A stretch of DNA of 64,000 bases, taken from NCBI GenBank assembly GCA_964628555.1, contig CAZVMD010000006.1:1267-65266 (forward strand), written 5' to 3'. This document shows, piece after piece, positions 37,589-48,262 of this stretch. The notes under the pieces were generated by a model. The model was not told the origin of the DNA. It saw only the letters and a program-made list of their open reading frames with translations, and made no database searches. How positions within the stretch are numbered: the first letter of the stretch is position 1; every line of letters begins with the position of its first letter. The DNA is from an uncultured Myxococcales bacterium. GTDB taxonomy: Bacteria > Myxococcota_A > Polyangia > Palsa-1104 > JAEUJZ01. The position numbers were made by a program, and so were the translations under genes.

Positions 37589-39967
37589 ATGCGCATCTCT
37601 CGACGCGTCGGCAACATCGCCGCCGCCTGTGTGACGTCCGCGCTGCTCGCCGCCGGTGGCTGTGCCCATCCCCAGAGCCCGACGCGGCCGGCCACTCCGC
37701 CGGTGTCGGCGTCTCCACCTCCGCCGGTTGCCGGCGCCCCTCTGCTGAGCAATCTGCCCCCGCTTCCTCCGCTTGCCGGCGAGGAAGATGCCGAGCGGGT
37801 GCGAACCGAGCTCGATGGCCTGAGCATGGAGCAGCCGCGCTGGGCCCAGCTTCGGCTGCAGCTCTTGCGGTACTACGTGGGAGCTGCAGGTGCTGCCAGC
37901 GAGCAAGGCCAGCTGGACGAGGCATTTGCACTTTTTTCCAGCACTCTCCGACTGTTTGAAGCCCAGGAGCTGCAGGCCGCGACGGTGGCGGTCCCCCCTG
38001 AGCTGCTGGATCTAGCCGGCAAGCTGGATCGCCTGTTTAGCAAGCGCGGTTCGCATCCGCAGGTGGTTACGTCGCTTATGGTGCAGCTGTCGGCGCATCC
38101 CGGCGATGCGGCGCTGCGGCTGCGCTTGACCCAGATCCGTGACTGGGTGGCCCACTCGGACGATGGCATGCGCAGCCTGATGCGCGGTCGCAGTGGCTCG
38201 CTGCCCGACCTGCTTGCCGCACCGCCCCCGACGCTAGAGTCCGACTTGGAGCAGGCCTATCGGCTGTGGCCAGCCCGCGTTGTACGCGAGGAGCTGGTGC
38301 CACTTTATCGCACTGAAGCGCAGCTCCTGGCGACGGGGGGGAAGAAGTCTTCGCGTGACTTTCTGCAGTCGCTGTCGGCGACGCTGCGGCGCAAGGGCCT
38401 GAGCAACAGCCCGGCGTTTAAGCTCGGGCGCGCCTATCTGCGCGCTTCGCTAGCCACGGAAGCAGTCGCGGCGATCAAGCAGCTGGGGCAGCTGGCGCGC
38501 TTGTCTGGCGAAGAGGCCAGGCTGCTGACGACGATCGAGGAGACGCTGGCCAGCCCGCCGGGGGCGGCTGACGAAGGGGAGCGGCTGCTGCCTGCCATCA
38601 AGCTGGCAACCACCCTGGCGCAGAATGCCGAGGATGCGGAGGTCAGCCTGCAGATCTGTCGCGATGTGGCGCAGCGCTCGCCGAAGCTCTTGCCGGCCCA
38701 GCTGTGCGTCGGCGAGCTGGCAGTTGCCCTCGAACGCAAAGGCCTGGCGCTGCAGGCCTTTGAGCGGGCTCGCGGCCTGGCTCCGGGCGAGCGCCCAGTG
38801 TGGGAGATGCTGGGCCGACTGTACCTGGATCGCCTCGGAGACCTTCTGGTCGAGGAGCGGACCGGTGAGCTTGAGGCCGAGCTGAAGAAGATCGAGACGT
38901 TTTACGACGGCATGCGGCAGCAGTTTCCGCAGCAGCCACCGACGACGGGCGTAGCTTTGGCCTTGGCCGAGGTCGGGCGGGGCTACTACAACGCGGGCCG
39001 GCTGGGTGACGCCGTGCGCTATCTGGAGCGCTCGAATACGGTGGAGCCCAATGCGGTGGCGCTGGAACAGCTGGGGGTGCTGCAGCTGCGCAGCGGCGAT
39101 GTTACGGCTGCCGCTGCTACCCTGGAGCGAGCGCGCGCGGTCTTTGCCGCCAACAGTCACGCCGATCCGCAAGTGAAGGCGCTGTACTCGGCCCGGCTGG
39201 GGCGCCTGATCGCCGAGGCGCTCGATGCGCAGCCCGACGGGGCCAGCAAGGCCAAAGAGACGCGAGAACGGGCGCTGCGGCAGTTTGCCGCCTTGCTGGA
39301 CAACGGCAACCTAAGCGGCGATCGGGCCGCGGATGCCGAGGTCGAGCGGGGCAAGCTCTACTACCAGCAGGGAGACCGCGAGCCGGCCCTGGCGGCATTT
39401 CGTCGGGCGGCTGAGCAGGGCCGAGGCGAGCCTGAGTCGCGCGCTCCCGGGCAAGCCTTCGTCGACATGCTGGCTTTCTTGGTGCCCCGTGGCGAGCTCG
39501 ATGAAGTGGTGAGCATGTACCACCGGGCGCTTGGCGTCCGCTTGCCGCAGAACATGAAAGTGTACTGTTCGCTGTGGGTTAACGACCTGTTGCTGCGGGC
39601 GGGGCAGCCGGCGGATCCCTTGGCTCAGGCCTTCCTGGGCTCAGTGCAGGGCAACAAGTGGCATGCCGACCTGGCGCGCTGGGCGCTGGGCGCGATCACG
39701 GAGCAGGCCCTGTTGCAGCATGCCGACACGACGGGGCGCCAAGCCGAAGCGCGGTTCTACATCGGTATGGAGCGGCTGCGTCGCGGCGACAAAGCCGGCG
39801 CGATGGAGCAGTGGCGCAAGGTGCTACAGACGCAGATGCTGGGCTATTTCGAGCACGAGATGGCGCGCGAGTACCTGCGGCTGCAGGGGGCCCCGACCGC
39901 TCCGCAGGTGACGCGCAGCGCTCCCCCAGTCAAGCCGCGCTCAGCGCCCCCCCCGGGCAGCATCTAG
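37589..39967 (+). CDS. Large TPR-repeat lipoprotein (792 aa)
   Basis: Lipobox LLAAGGC, a Pro-rich linker, then ~700 aa of TPR/helical repeats. Confidence 0.6.
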   Translation: MRISRRVGNIAAACVTSALLAAGGCAHPQSPTRPATPPVSASPPPPVAGAPLLSNLPPLPPLAGEEDAERVRTELDGLSMEQPRWAQLRLQLLRYYVGAAGAASEQGQLDEAFALFSSTLRLFEAQELQAATVAVPPELLDLAGKLDRLFSKRGSHPQVVTSLMVQLSAHPGDAALRLRLTQIRDWVAHSDDGMRSLMRGRSGSLPDLLAAPPPTLESDLEQAYRLWPARVVREELVPLYRTEAQLLATGGKKSSRDFLQSLSATLRRKGLSNSPAFKLGRAYLRASLATEAVAAIKQLGQLARLSGEEARLLTTIEETLASPPGAADEGERLLPAIKLATTLAQNAEDAEVSLQICRDVAQRSPKLLPAQLCVGELAVALERKGLALQAFERARGLAPGERPVWEMLGRLYLDRLGDLLVEERTGELEAELKKIETFYDGMRQQFPQQPPTTGVALALAEVGRGYYNAGRLGDAVRYLERSNTVEPNAVALEQLGVLQLRSGDVTAAAATLERARAVFAANSHADPQVKALYSARLGRLIAEALDAQPDGASKAKETRERALRQFAALLDNGNLSGDRAADAEVERGKLYYQQGDREPALAAFRRAAEQGRGEPESRAPGQAFVDMLAFLVPRGELDEVVSMYHRALGVRLPQNMKVYCSLWVNDLLLRAGQPADPLAQAFLGSVQGNKWHADLARWALGAITEQALLQHADTTGRQAEARFYIGMERLRRGDKAGAMEQWRKVLQTQMLGYFEHEMAREYLRLQGAPTAPQVTRSAPPVKPRSAPPPGSI

Positions 39968-39968
39968 G

Positions 39969-41165
39969 CTACTTGCGTTGTGAAGCTGTGGCACTGCTGC
40001 CGCCTTCGGCATCGTCGCTGCTTGAGCTGGCAGCCAGCTGGCGAAGCCACTTCACTCCGTCGCTACGTTTCTCGGCCTGCCGGTACAGGTCGATGAAGGA
40101 GCGGAGGTCGCCGTCGACGAGCGCCAGCAGCCGCTGCTGGAAGTCCGAGGAGCGATGATAGACGCTAAAGGACAGCAGCACGGCGTTGTTGAGCGGGCCT
40201 TCAGCCAGCCGGCGATAGCGGGGCCCGCTCGGGAAAGCGGCGCGATAGCTGGCTTGGAGCTTGGCAAAGAGATCGCTGCGTCGCCGCTCAATATCGCTGG
40301 TCGGCCAGCGCTCGCGCTGTGCCTCGGCGTAGTACGCAGCCGCCTCCTTGAGTGCCGGCTCCAGCCAGGCGGAGAAGGCGCGATGTCGCTGTTCCTCGGC
40401 CTGCGCTAGCTGGTGCACCATCGCGCTCTGCGCCGCCGAGCCGCGCTCTCGGAAGAACTGCGCCGCGCCCTCGACGCCGACCAAGGTGGCATAGCTTTCG
40501 TTGAGCTCCGAGGCCGAGCGGAGGTAGGCCGTGGAGTGCGCCATCTCGTGCAAGATCACCTCGACCGTCTGCACCTCTCCCTCGGGGCCAGGATGATCGA
40601 GCATCGACGCATAGATCGGCGAGATCAGATAGCCGAGTGTGGAGTAAGCCCCGACCGGGCGAACGTAGACATCGTAGCCGCGCGCTTCGAGCTGCTTGGC
40701 TTGCTTCTGGGCATCGCGCCGGTCGAAGAAGCCGAGGTACGGCACTGTCCCGACGAGAGGAAACCGCCAGCGCAGAATCCGCCACGCGCTGCGCGGCGCC
40801 GCCGTCAGGTTGTAGGCAACCGGGCCACCCGTGTCGACAAAGCGCTTGAACTCGGCACCGCCGCGTAGCCCCAACACATCGATGCCAAACTGGCGAGCCT
40901 CGAGAGCGAGCTGCAAGCGCTCGCGCAGCGCTGGTGGCGTTGCCGGATCGGTAAGGACATCGTCGACATGCCGGCGGATGCGCAGCAGGTGCAGCTGTCC
41001 CCAGGCTTGTTGGCTCAGATAGCGCGCCGAGAAACATCCCGACTCGGCCAAGAGCGGCAGGAGCGTGAGCCAGACCCAGCTCCGGCGCAGCAAGGACGCA
41101 CTGTGCGACGGCGCGCTCAGCCGGGTTGCCAAGCGATCCGCGGCCGTCACCCCACTCGCCGTCAC
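39969..41165 (-). CDS. Putative zinc-dependent peptidase/aminopeptidase lipoprotein (HEMAH motif; DUF2265-like)
   Basis: Lipobox LLAESGC. HExxH motif ILHEMAHST. The GTG start at 41165 overlaps the stop of the upstream TPR gene (GTGA). Confidence 0.5.
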   Translation of the reverse strand: MTASGVTAADRLATRLSAPSHSASLLRRSWVWLTLLPLLAESGCFSARYLSQQAWGQLHLLRIRRHVDDVLTDPATPPALRERLQLALEARQFGIDVLGLRGGAEFKRFVDTGGPVAYNLTAAPRSAWRILRWRFPLVGTVPYLGFFDRRDAQKQAKQLEARGYDVYVRPVGAYSTLGYLISPIYASMLDHPGPEGEVQTVEVILHEMAHSTAYLRSASELNESYATLVGVEGAAQFFRERGSAAQSAMVHQLAQAEEQRHRAFSAWLEPALKEAAAYYAEAQRERWPTSDIERRRSDLFAKLQASYRAAFPSGPRYRRLAEGPLNNAVLLSFSVYHRSSDFQQRLLALVDGDLRSFIDLYRQAEKRSDGVKWLRQLAASSSSDDAEGGSSATASQRK

Positions 41166-42496
41166 TTCGATGACTCCTCACTATGTAGCTGCTCGCGCAA
41201 GCGCTCTGCGGTGTGCGCAAACTCGTCGAGCAGGCGATCAATGTTGGCGTCGCGTTGTCGGCGCTCAATGCTGCCGCAGAGCCAGTCTTCCTGTAGCGCC
41301 TGCCAGCGCGCCTTGGTCTGGGCTAGCTCGCGCTGGTAGGCCTCGTAGCGTCGGCGCAGCGGCGCGCGGCCCAGCAGGTAGGTGGTGGCACTGGTGGTCA
41401 GCGCCAAGGCTAGCCCAGCCGGCCCCAGACGGAGCATCCCAACCGAAAGCCCCAGCCACACCAAGAGCTGCGGCATGCGCCACAGCAAGAGCGGCAAGGT
41501 CCGAAACTCAGTCGCCCAGATCAGCGCGAAGGCGTGCAGACGTGGGTCATCCTCCAGCGCCTTGGGGCGGAAAAAGTGAGCAATGAGTTGCCCGGGCGAC
41601 AGCGGGGCGCTTACCGGCGGGGTCCGCGCGGCGTGGGCGACGGCTTGCTGCCGGGCGTTGCGGTGAAACAAGACCTGCTCCCAGACCTCGACGACGAGCT
41701 GGCGCTCAAAAGCTTCGTAGTCCTTGTAAATCGTCTCGGGCCGCTGCTTGTTGTCAACCAGCTTTAGGTTGGCCTTGGCGGCCCGCCCCTCGGGGTCCAG
41801 CCGTAGCGACTCGCGGAAGCGCTGCCGTGCCTGGACCGGGCGACCCTGCGCCAGGTCGACGCAGCCCAAGTTGTTCCATGCCAGGGCATTGTTGGGCTCG
41901 ATAGTTAGAGCTTGCTGATAGCAGGCCTTGGCGCGAAGGCGATCGCCCATCGAGCTGGCGACGTAGCCAAGAGTGATGTGATTCGAGGCCCGCTCGGGTC
42001 CAAGCGAGACCGCTTTTTCCGCCGCAGCCAGTGCCTCGGGTTGGCGACGCAGCTCAACCAAGAGCTCGGCATAGGCCCGCAGGTACACAGGCTCCTCAGG
42101 GGACAGGCGCAGCGCTTCACGGTAGGCGGCCTCTGCCTCTTCCCGTCGCTTGCACTCGTTTTGGGCATAGCCCAGAAGGTAATGACAGTGCGCTTCCGTC
42201 GGTTCGACAGCGATGGCCGCTCGCAGTGAGCCGAGGGCTTGCTCAGGCTTGTCAAGATGCAAGAGGCAGAGGCCGTGTAGCTGCAGGGCCTCGGCATTTT
42301 GTGGCGAGGCACTGAGGGCCTTCTCGACCTCAAGAAGCGCAGCCTGCTCCCGTCCAAGATCGAGCAAGGCACGAGCCCGCTGCAGCTGCTGCCGAGCAAA
42401 GTCGTTCGTCGCGGGCAGGCGCTTGCCGGCGCCACCCCCGCCACCAGCGGATGAGCCACCGCCCCCGTCGCCCCGCGAGCCGCTGGCTGGGCTCAT
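41162..42496 (-). CDS. TPR-repeat protein with a Gly-rich N-terminus and C-terminal TM helices
   Basis: Several canonical TPRs (AEALQLHGLCLLHLDKPEQALGSLRAAIAVEP...). C-terminal hydrophobic helices. Start taken at the ATG at 42496 (MSPASG). Confidence 0.55.
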   Translation of the reverse strand: MSPASGSRGDGGGGSSAGGGGGAGKRLPATNDFARQQLQRARALLDLGREQAALLEVEKALSASPQNAEALQLHGLCLLHLDKPEQALGSLRAAIAVEPTEAHCHYLLGYAQNECKRREEAEAAYREALRLSPEEPVYLRAYAELLVELRRQPEALAAAEKAVSLGPERASNHITLGYVASSMGDRLRAKACYQQALTIEPNNALAWNNLGCVDLAQGRPVQARQRFRESLRLDPEGRAAKANLKLVDNKQRPETIYKDYEAFERQLVVEVWEQVLFHRNARQQAVAHAARTPPVSAPLSPGQLIAHFFRPKALEDDPRLHAFALIWATEFRTLPLLLWRMPQLLVWLGLSVGMLRLGPAGLALALTTSATTYLLGRAPLRRRYEAYQRELAQTKARWQALQEDWLCGSIERRQRDANIDRLLDEFAHTAERLREQLHSEESSK

Positions 42497-42743
42497 GCCG
42501 GAAGTCCGTGCGCTGAATTTGGGCCCAGGACATGGGCTGATAGAGATGCCAAGACCGCCACAAACGCAGCTTATCACGCTCGCTTTTTTGGTTGCCAAGC
42601 CAATCGCGCCCGTGATAGGAAGGCCAACACCAAGATGCGTCTTCTATGCTCACAGTGGAAGGATGGGAAGATTTCACCCCCTTCTTCAAGGGCCTGCTTC
42701 TCTCTTGCAGCGAACCAGCAACCGAGCTTGGATGTGGTGAGCG

Positions 42744-44858
42744 ATGGACTTCTCAATGTTTGATGACGAAACAGATGACGTCGGTCAGGAAGTTGAGGCG
42801 TTCTGCCCGCGGTGCAAGGGAGACACAACGCACATCGTTGTTAGCCGGTATGAGGATGAGATCCGCCGGGTCCGCTGCTCCAGCTGCGACGATATTCATG
42901 CCTTTCGACGCCCGCGTGGCGAAGAGAGTGATGAGCCAAGTGAGCAGCCAACGAAGCGCAAGATGGCCAAAGCCAAGCCGACCTGGGAACAGGTGATGAA
43001 CCGCCGCCGGGGAACGCCGCGTGCGTATACCGGCGAGGACATCTATGGCGAACTCGACATCATTTCCCACCCGGTCTTCGGACTGGGCTTTGTGTCGGAG
43101 CTCATCGGTCAGAACAAGGTTGAAGTCACGTTCCAGCACGACAAGCGCATCCTGATCCATAACCGTCGCATGCTGCCCCTTCATCAGGTCCTGCGGCAGC
43201 GACAGGAGGCGGAAGCGAAGGCTCGCAGTGATAGCAAGTCACGCGGGCGTGACGGTGTTCGAGGAGCTGTGAAGCCGCGCCTGGTTAAGCCGCCTGTTCC
43301 TGCTCGCGCGGCGGAGCCGGAGCTTGATGAGATCGAGCTCCCGGATGTCCCAATGGACGAAATCCCGGATGTCATGCCCGGATCACGTGGGCCCATGCCG
43401 ATGGGCAAGCCCGCGAAGCTTTCACCGCGGGCGCTCAAGGCGCTGGAAGATGATGATGAGGATGACGGCGCCGAAAAGGAAGAAGGCGAAGAGGCTACCG
43501 GCAAGCGTCGCGGTCGCGGTCGCCCCGCTGGCTCTGGTGCCGCCCCGCGAGCGGTCGCCGCAGCACCGCGCGAGCCGGATGACGACGACGAATCGGCGGA
43601 GTCGCGCCGGAAAGCCGCACGTAGCTCACAAATTGCCGCACGGATGGAGCGCGTCAAGCTAGCCCGGAAGGCAGCGACCACCGACGCTAGCGCCAGCCCG
43701 CCAGCTGCAAGTTCTCGAGGGGGTGGCGGTCCTGAGTTGCAGCCCACAGCTCCCAGGAAAGGCAAGGCTGCCGAGGCTGTGTCGGAGTCCGGCGCCGGGA
43801 AGGACGTGGCACGAGCGCCTTCGAAGTTGGGCGGGAAATCGAGCAAAGCCTCCGTCAAGGAAGTCAGTGCCGAAGAGGTCCTGCCCGCAGGCAAATCGCC
43901 CAACCTGCCTCCTGCCGACAGTGTGGCTCCCAAGGGCTCGGTGAGCCGTGTTGCCAAGGCCGCGGCGGCGGTAGCCATCCCTGGCAGCGGCAAGAAGCCG
44001 CCAGTAGCCAAGGCAGCAACGGCTGCGGCCTCGCCCGAGGGCTCTTTGCCGGCCAGCAAGCCAGTGTCTCCCAGCGTGTCTGCAAGTGCCAAGAAGCCAA
44101 AAGGTGGCACTGATGCGGTAGCTCCGACCGCGGGCCCGAGTGCCGGGCCAGGGCGCGCTGCTCAGGGGGCGCGTAGCGCGACGGTAGTCAGTAAGACCGA
44201 GCCATCGCCGTCCAGCAAACCAGGCAAGGCGGTAGCTGAGCAGGCTACCTCATCAGCGAAGATGCCAGCCACTGCAGCGAAGGCGAAGCCGCCCGCGAAG
44301 CCCTCTGCCCCTCGCGTTGTCGACAAGAAGCCGCGAGCACTAACGGCAACTCCGAGCAAGACTGGAAAGTTGATGGCGGCGAAGGCCGCTTCGGCAACCA
44401 AGGCCTCGGCCGGTAAGGTCCAGGCCGTCAAGAAAGCGTCACCGAAGTCGCGCTCGATTAAGGTTGTTTCTGCCAGAGCGTCAGCGACCAAGGCTACCCC
44501 TGCCAAAACGGCGACGGCCAAACCAGCGGTTGGCAAGCCTGCCAAGTCCGCCCCGTCCAAGGCGCCTGCTAAGAGTGCTGCGGGCAAGACTGGCGCGAGC
44601 AAGCCGGCTGTTGCTCGGCCAGCCTCGCCGTCTAGGGCCGGGTTAGCCAAGCCATCTTCGGCCAAGTCGTCTCCGCGATCAGCGATGTCTGCCCCGCCGG
44701 CAAAGGCCAAGCCAAGTAAGAAGGTCGTGGCGACGTCCGGTCGGACTAGCAAGGGAACGACCACAGCCTCGGCTAAGGTTGCGAAAGCTGCGTCGGCGTC
44801 GAAGACGGCGCAAAAGTCCTCCGCAAAGAAGCCTGCCAAGCCCTCCTCTCGTCGCTAA
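42744..44858 (+). CDS. Zinc-ribbon protein with a very long Ala/Lys/Pro/Ser-rich histone-H1-like tail (704 aa)
   Basis: N-terminal CPRCKGDTTH...CSSCDD (4-Cys zinc ribbon), an acidic region, then ~450 aa of AKPS low-complexity repeats. Confidence 0.55.
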   Translation: MDFSMFDDETDDVGQEVEAFCPRCKGDTTHIVVSRYEDEIRRVRCSSCDDIHAFRRPRGEESDEPSEQPTKRKMAKAKPTWEQVMNRRRGTPRAYTGEDIYGELDIISHPVFGLGFVSELIGQNKVEVTFQHDKRILIHNRRMLPLHQVLRQRQEAEAKARSDSKSRGRDGVRGAVKPRLVKPPVPARAAEPELDEIELPDVPMDEIPDVMPGSRGPMPMGKPAKLSPRALKALEDDDEDDGAEKEEGEEATGKRRGRGRPAGSGAAPRAVAAAPREPDDDDESAESRRKAARSSQIAARMERVKLARKAATTDASASPPAASSRGGGGPELQPTAPRKGKAAEAVSESGAGKDVARAPSKLGGKSSKASVKEVSAEEVLPAGKSPNLPPADSVAPKGSVSRVAKAAAAVAIPGSGKKPPVAKAATAAASPEGSLPASKPVSPSVSASAKKPKGGTDAVAPTAGPSAGPGRAAQGARSATVVSKTEPSPSSKPGKAVAEQATSSAKMPATAAKAKPPAKPSAPRVVDKKPRALTATPSKTGKLMAAKAASATKASAGKVQAVKKASPKSRSIKVVSARASATKATPAKTATAKPAVGKPAKSAPSKAPAKSAAGKTGASKPAVARPASPSRAGLAKPSSAKSSPRSAMSAPPAKAKPSKKVVATSGRTSKGTTTASAKVAKAASASKTAQKSSAKKPAKPSSRR

Positions 44859-45074
44859 GATTCTTCTCGTCAATCTTGAGTAAGCACAGCGCCTGGGTGC
44901 TATGCACCCGTGCTGCCTGGCCTGGACGCTGCTGGCGTGAGCAAGCCTGCGCCAAGCCAGTTCTGCACATCGGTGCACAGCGGAGCGTGAGCGGACGACT
45001 GCGCGCAAAGAACCCCGGCAGCCAGCCGTACCGTTCCAGATTTCTTTTCGCTGTCATTGTGATAGAGTGACTAA

Positions 45075-46958
45075 GTGGCCAGGTTGGGGCCCGGCGCTCG
45101 CGTCGGCGATCAGTTTCAGATTATTCGCAAGATCGGTGAAGGCGGTTGCGGCGAAGTCTATCTAGCTGAACAGACTACGCTGGGCCGTAACGCCGTCGTC
45201 AAGTTGATGCACACGGAGCTCTCGCGCGATCCTTCGTACGTCGCGCGGTTTCAGCGTGAAGCTCGACTGGCGGCACGGCTCATTCACCATCACACCGCTG
45301 CGATCTACGCTTTTGGCGAGACACCCGAGAAGGTGCTCTGGATCGCCATGGAGTACATCGAAGGCGAGAGCCTTCATAATGTGCTCGCTCGCGAGACGCC
45401 ACGTCAGATTGCCGAGCTGCTCACACCCGTCGCTGACGTCCTGGATCGCGCTGGATCGATGGGTGTCGTCCATCGCGATGTGAAGCCTGACAATATTCTC
45501 GTTGGGCCGGATGGCGAAGGTCGGCGGGCGGTCTTGCTGGACTTTGGGCTTGCGCGGCCGATGGAGGATAATGACAAGCTGACCGCGGTGGGCGTCGCGG
45601 TGGGCTCACCGACCTACATGAGCCCGGAGCAGGTCTTTGGTCCGTCGGTAGATAGCGCCACAGACCGCTATGCCTTCGGCATCATCTTGTACATCGCCGT
45701 TGCGAAGCGGCCGCCGTTCCGTCACGACGACCGCGTGCAGCTTGTGCTGATGCACAAGCGGAATCCCGTCCCTGCCCTGAACTCAATGGTGCCGCAGATC
45801 CCTGCGAACCATCCCTTGGACAAGTTCTTCGCGAAAGCTCTGGCCAAGCAACCGACGGAGCGGTTTCCGTCGGCCAAGGTCATGATTGAAGAGTTTGTTA
45901 AGGCAATGGATGAGGCGCCACTGCCCCTGTTCGGCGACGCTTCTGCAAGCTCACAGAGCGGCCGTGGCGGATCCTCTAAGGCTGTTGAGCAGCGGCCGCC
46001 AGCTGCCGTGCCCCCGCCTCCTCAAGTGGCAGCAGGCAGCGTTCCGCCCAAGAGGCCGCCGCCTCCACCTCCTGGCGCTGGAGCCAAGCCGCCTGCTGCA
46101 CCAACTAGTATTGCACCAGCCCTGCGGACCACTCTGCCCGTCGGAAGCGGCGAGGCCGGCTCTGCAGAGCCCGGCCGAAATCGGGCCGATGGTGTACGGA
46201 GCATCGAAGCCTGGGGGGCGAGAGCGGCTAAGGCGGCTGCCCCGGCTGCGGAGTCGCGCTCGCCGGCCGCTACGGCGGCCCCGGTTGAGGCCACCAGTTC
46301 CGCTCCCGGACATCGTCGCTTGCTTGCTTGTTTGGGGAACACCTCTGAGGCGATCGATGTGTTCTCGGCGCAGCAGGTGACGCTCGGCAAGCACCGCGAC
46401 TGCGACATTGTCGTGCGTGCATTCCCGACGCCGGAGAATGACTCGATCACGCACGGAGTGAGTCGCCAGCACGCCCGCATGATGGTGGCAAACGGGAAGC
46501 TGCTGATCGAAGATCTGCGCAGCCTAAACGGGACCTTTGTCGACGATCGGCGCTTGGCGCTCGGAACCCAGACAGCCCTCTCGGATGGCCAGTTAGTGCG
46601 CCTAGGACCGGTGCTGACCATCGAGGTTCGCATCTTCAAGTCCGGTGGCGCACTGCTGCGTCGCATCGACGAGTATCACGGCGGCTTTCCGGCATCGCTG
46701 GTTATCTGGAAAGAGGTAGCTCTCGGTGACCCAGTGCTTGGGCTGGTACCGGCCGGCGGCGATGCTCCGGTGCGCTGGGGGACAATTCGCAGCCACGGAG
46801 AAGGTGGCGAGCTTTGGTGGTTTGGACCCCAGGCCGTGTTGTGGCAACGGGCCGGGCGCAGCCTCACCGGCGCGCAATCGCTCGTGCCTGGGGATCGCCT
46901 AACCCTGGGATCTACCGTCATCGAGTGGGAGACCGGGATTAAGCCTGGGCTGAGCTAG
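45075..46958 (+). CDS. Eukaryotic-like Ser/Thr protein kinase with a Pro-rich linker and a C-terminal FHA domain
   Basis: GEGGCGEVYLA, VVK, HRDVKPDNILV, DFGLAR, GSPTYMSPE. C-terminal FHA signature (TLGKHRDCDIVV...GVSRQHARM...LIEDLRSLNGTFVD). GTG start. Confidence 0.9.
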   Translation: MARLGPGARVGDQFQIIRKIGEGGCGEVYLAEQTTLGRNAVVKLMHTELSRDPSYVARFQREARLAARLIHHHTAAIYAFGETPEKVLWIAMEYIEGESLHNVLARETPRQIAELLTPVADVLDRAGSMGVVHRDVKPDNILVGPDGEGRRAVLLDFGLARPMEDNDKLTAVGVAVGSPTYMSPEQVFGPSVDSATDRYAFGIILYIAVAKRPPFRHDDRVQLVLMHKRNPVPALNSMVPQIPANHPLDKFFAKALAKQPTERFPSAKVMIEEFVKAMDEAPLPLFGDASASSQSGRGGSSKAVEQRPPAAVPPPPQVAAGSVPPKRPPPPPPGAGAKPPAAPTSIAPALRTTLPVGSGEAGSAEPGRNRADGVRSIEAWGARAAKAAAPAAESRSPAATAAPVEATSSAPGHRRLLACLGNTSEAIDVFSAQQVTLGKHRDCDIVVRAFPTPENDSITHGVSRQHARMMVANGKLLIEDLRSLNGTFVDDRRLALGTQTALSDGQLVRLGPVLTIEVRIFKSGGALLRRIDEYHGGFPASLVIWKEVALGDPVLGLVPAGGDAPVRWGTIRSHGEGGELWWFGPQAVLWQRAGRSLTGAQSLVPGDRLTLGSTVIEWETGIKPGLS

Positions 46959-46993
46959 CCTCCCACCGGAAGCCCCTCGGCGGCGTGTGCTGG

Positions 46994-48250
46994 TTAGCCT
47001 CTCTGCCGTCGCCGGCGTGTGTTCAGCCTTAGTGCTAGCAGGCTACCCAGTGCAATGGGCAGCAGCCCGACAGAGAGCTTGGTGTGCGCAGCAGAGCTCA
47101 GGCTGCAGCCTCCTGGAGTGGGCTCGGGCATGGCTCGCACCGGGATACCGAGCTGATCGGCATAGATGTTCCAGGCCATGGGGCAGATGCGTCCGACTGG
47201 GCTCTCAGCGGGACAGCTCTGCGGGCCGAGGGTGTCTTGGTACTGAAAGACGCGGGTTCGCTGCGTTGCCGACTGTTCCAGTCTGACGATGGCTGCTAGA
47301 TCGGGCTGAAAGTTCCAGCCGCAGGCATACAGACCGTCTGGGCCTGACGACAGGCAGCGCGAGGTCGATACCGTCGAGACAGCCTCGAAGGGACCACTGC
47401 TCCTTTGGGTGTACAGACCGCTGGCTGTAGCGACGATGAGAGCCCCACTTTGTGGATCCCGCAGCATGTCGAAGATGCTAACGGTCAGGCGGAGGTGTTC
47501 GTGCGGCGCGGCGCTGGCCTGGCTTTGCAACAAGACCGTCACGGAGTCGACTCGTGCAGCGAGCCAGATGTCATGTGGCGCCTGCGGGTCGATCCACAGA
47601 GGGGTGATCTGCGATAGCGGCTGACCTCCCACCAAGTGAAATACCGTCTGCTGGCTAAAGGAACGGCCGCCATCTGAGGACAGCAAGAGCTTGGCTTGGC
47701 GAGGCGCTGCAGCGGTCATCATGCCAGCGACGATCGATTGTCCGTCCGCCGAGATCCGCAGCCCCGACGGCCAGGCATCGGGTACCTGCTGCTGCTGCTG
47801 CCAGGTTAGGCCGCGGTCGTCGCTGGTCCACAGGCTGGCGCCTCCGCCATCGCCGCTAGCCAGCGCCCAGATTCGTGGGCTCTGCGGCGTACTTTGGAGG
47901 CTGACGATGTAGAGGGAGGCCAGTGGGCCGGTAATGCTGTCCCAGCTGCAGCCGCCATCGCGCGATACCTGCATGCCAGAGCGGTCGGTTGCATAGAGCG
48001 TTCCGTCGCTGCCTGCGGCAAACAGGTGCTGCTGATAGCTGTTTATGGCCTCGTCGCAGATCCAGTGCCACTGCCCGGCTGGACGACCGACGAACAAGCC
48101 CCAGTAGGGAGTCGGCACCAGCATGTCCTGCCCGCGCCACAGAATCTGCTGTGGGGCGGGCACGCCGCCGTGGCCACGCGCAGGCTGCGGCCAGCCAGCA
48201 CCGAGGAACAGCAAGAGGGGGATAAGCAGGCCAAGTCCGAGTCGGCGCAT
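46994..48250 (-). CDS. Secreted BNR/Asp-box repeat beta-propeller protein with a C-terminal membrane anchor
   Basis: Signal peptide. Asp-box motifs SRDGGCSW, SDDRGLTW, SSDGGRSF. C-terminal hydrophobic segment followed by RRRRQRG. Confidence 0.6.
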   Translation of the reverse strand: MRRLGLGLLIPLLLFLGAGWPQPARGHGGVPAPQQILWRGQDMLVPTPYWGLFVGRPAGQWHWICDEAINSYQQHLFAAGSDGTLYATDRSGMQVSRDGGCSWDSITGPLASLYIVSLQSTPQSPRIWALASGDGGGASLWTSDDRGLTWQQQQQVPDAWPSGLRISADGQSIVAGMMTAAAPRQAKLLLSSDGGRSFSQQTVFHLVGGQPLSQITPLWIDPQAPHDIWLAARVDSVTVLLQSQASAAPHEHLRLTVSIFDMLRDPQSGALIVATASGLYTQRSSGPFEAVSTVSTSRCLSSGPDGLYACGWNFQPDLAAIVRLEQSATQRTRVFQYQDTLGPQSCPAESPVGRICPMAWNIYADQLGIPVRAMPEPTPGGCSLSSAAHTKLSVGLLPIALGSLLALRLNTRRRRQRG

Positions 48251-48262
48251 GACGAGGCGACT

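Noticed and set aside
43500-44850. CRISPR or tandem DNA repeat in the AKP-rich region
   Set aside because: The repetition is at the amino-acid level (low-complexity coding) without regular DNA-level repeat/spacer periodicity.
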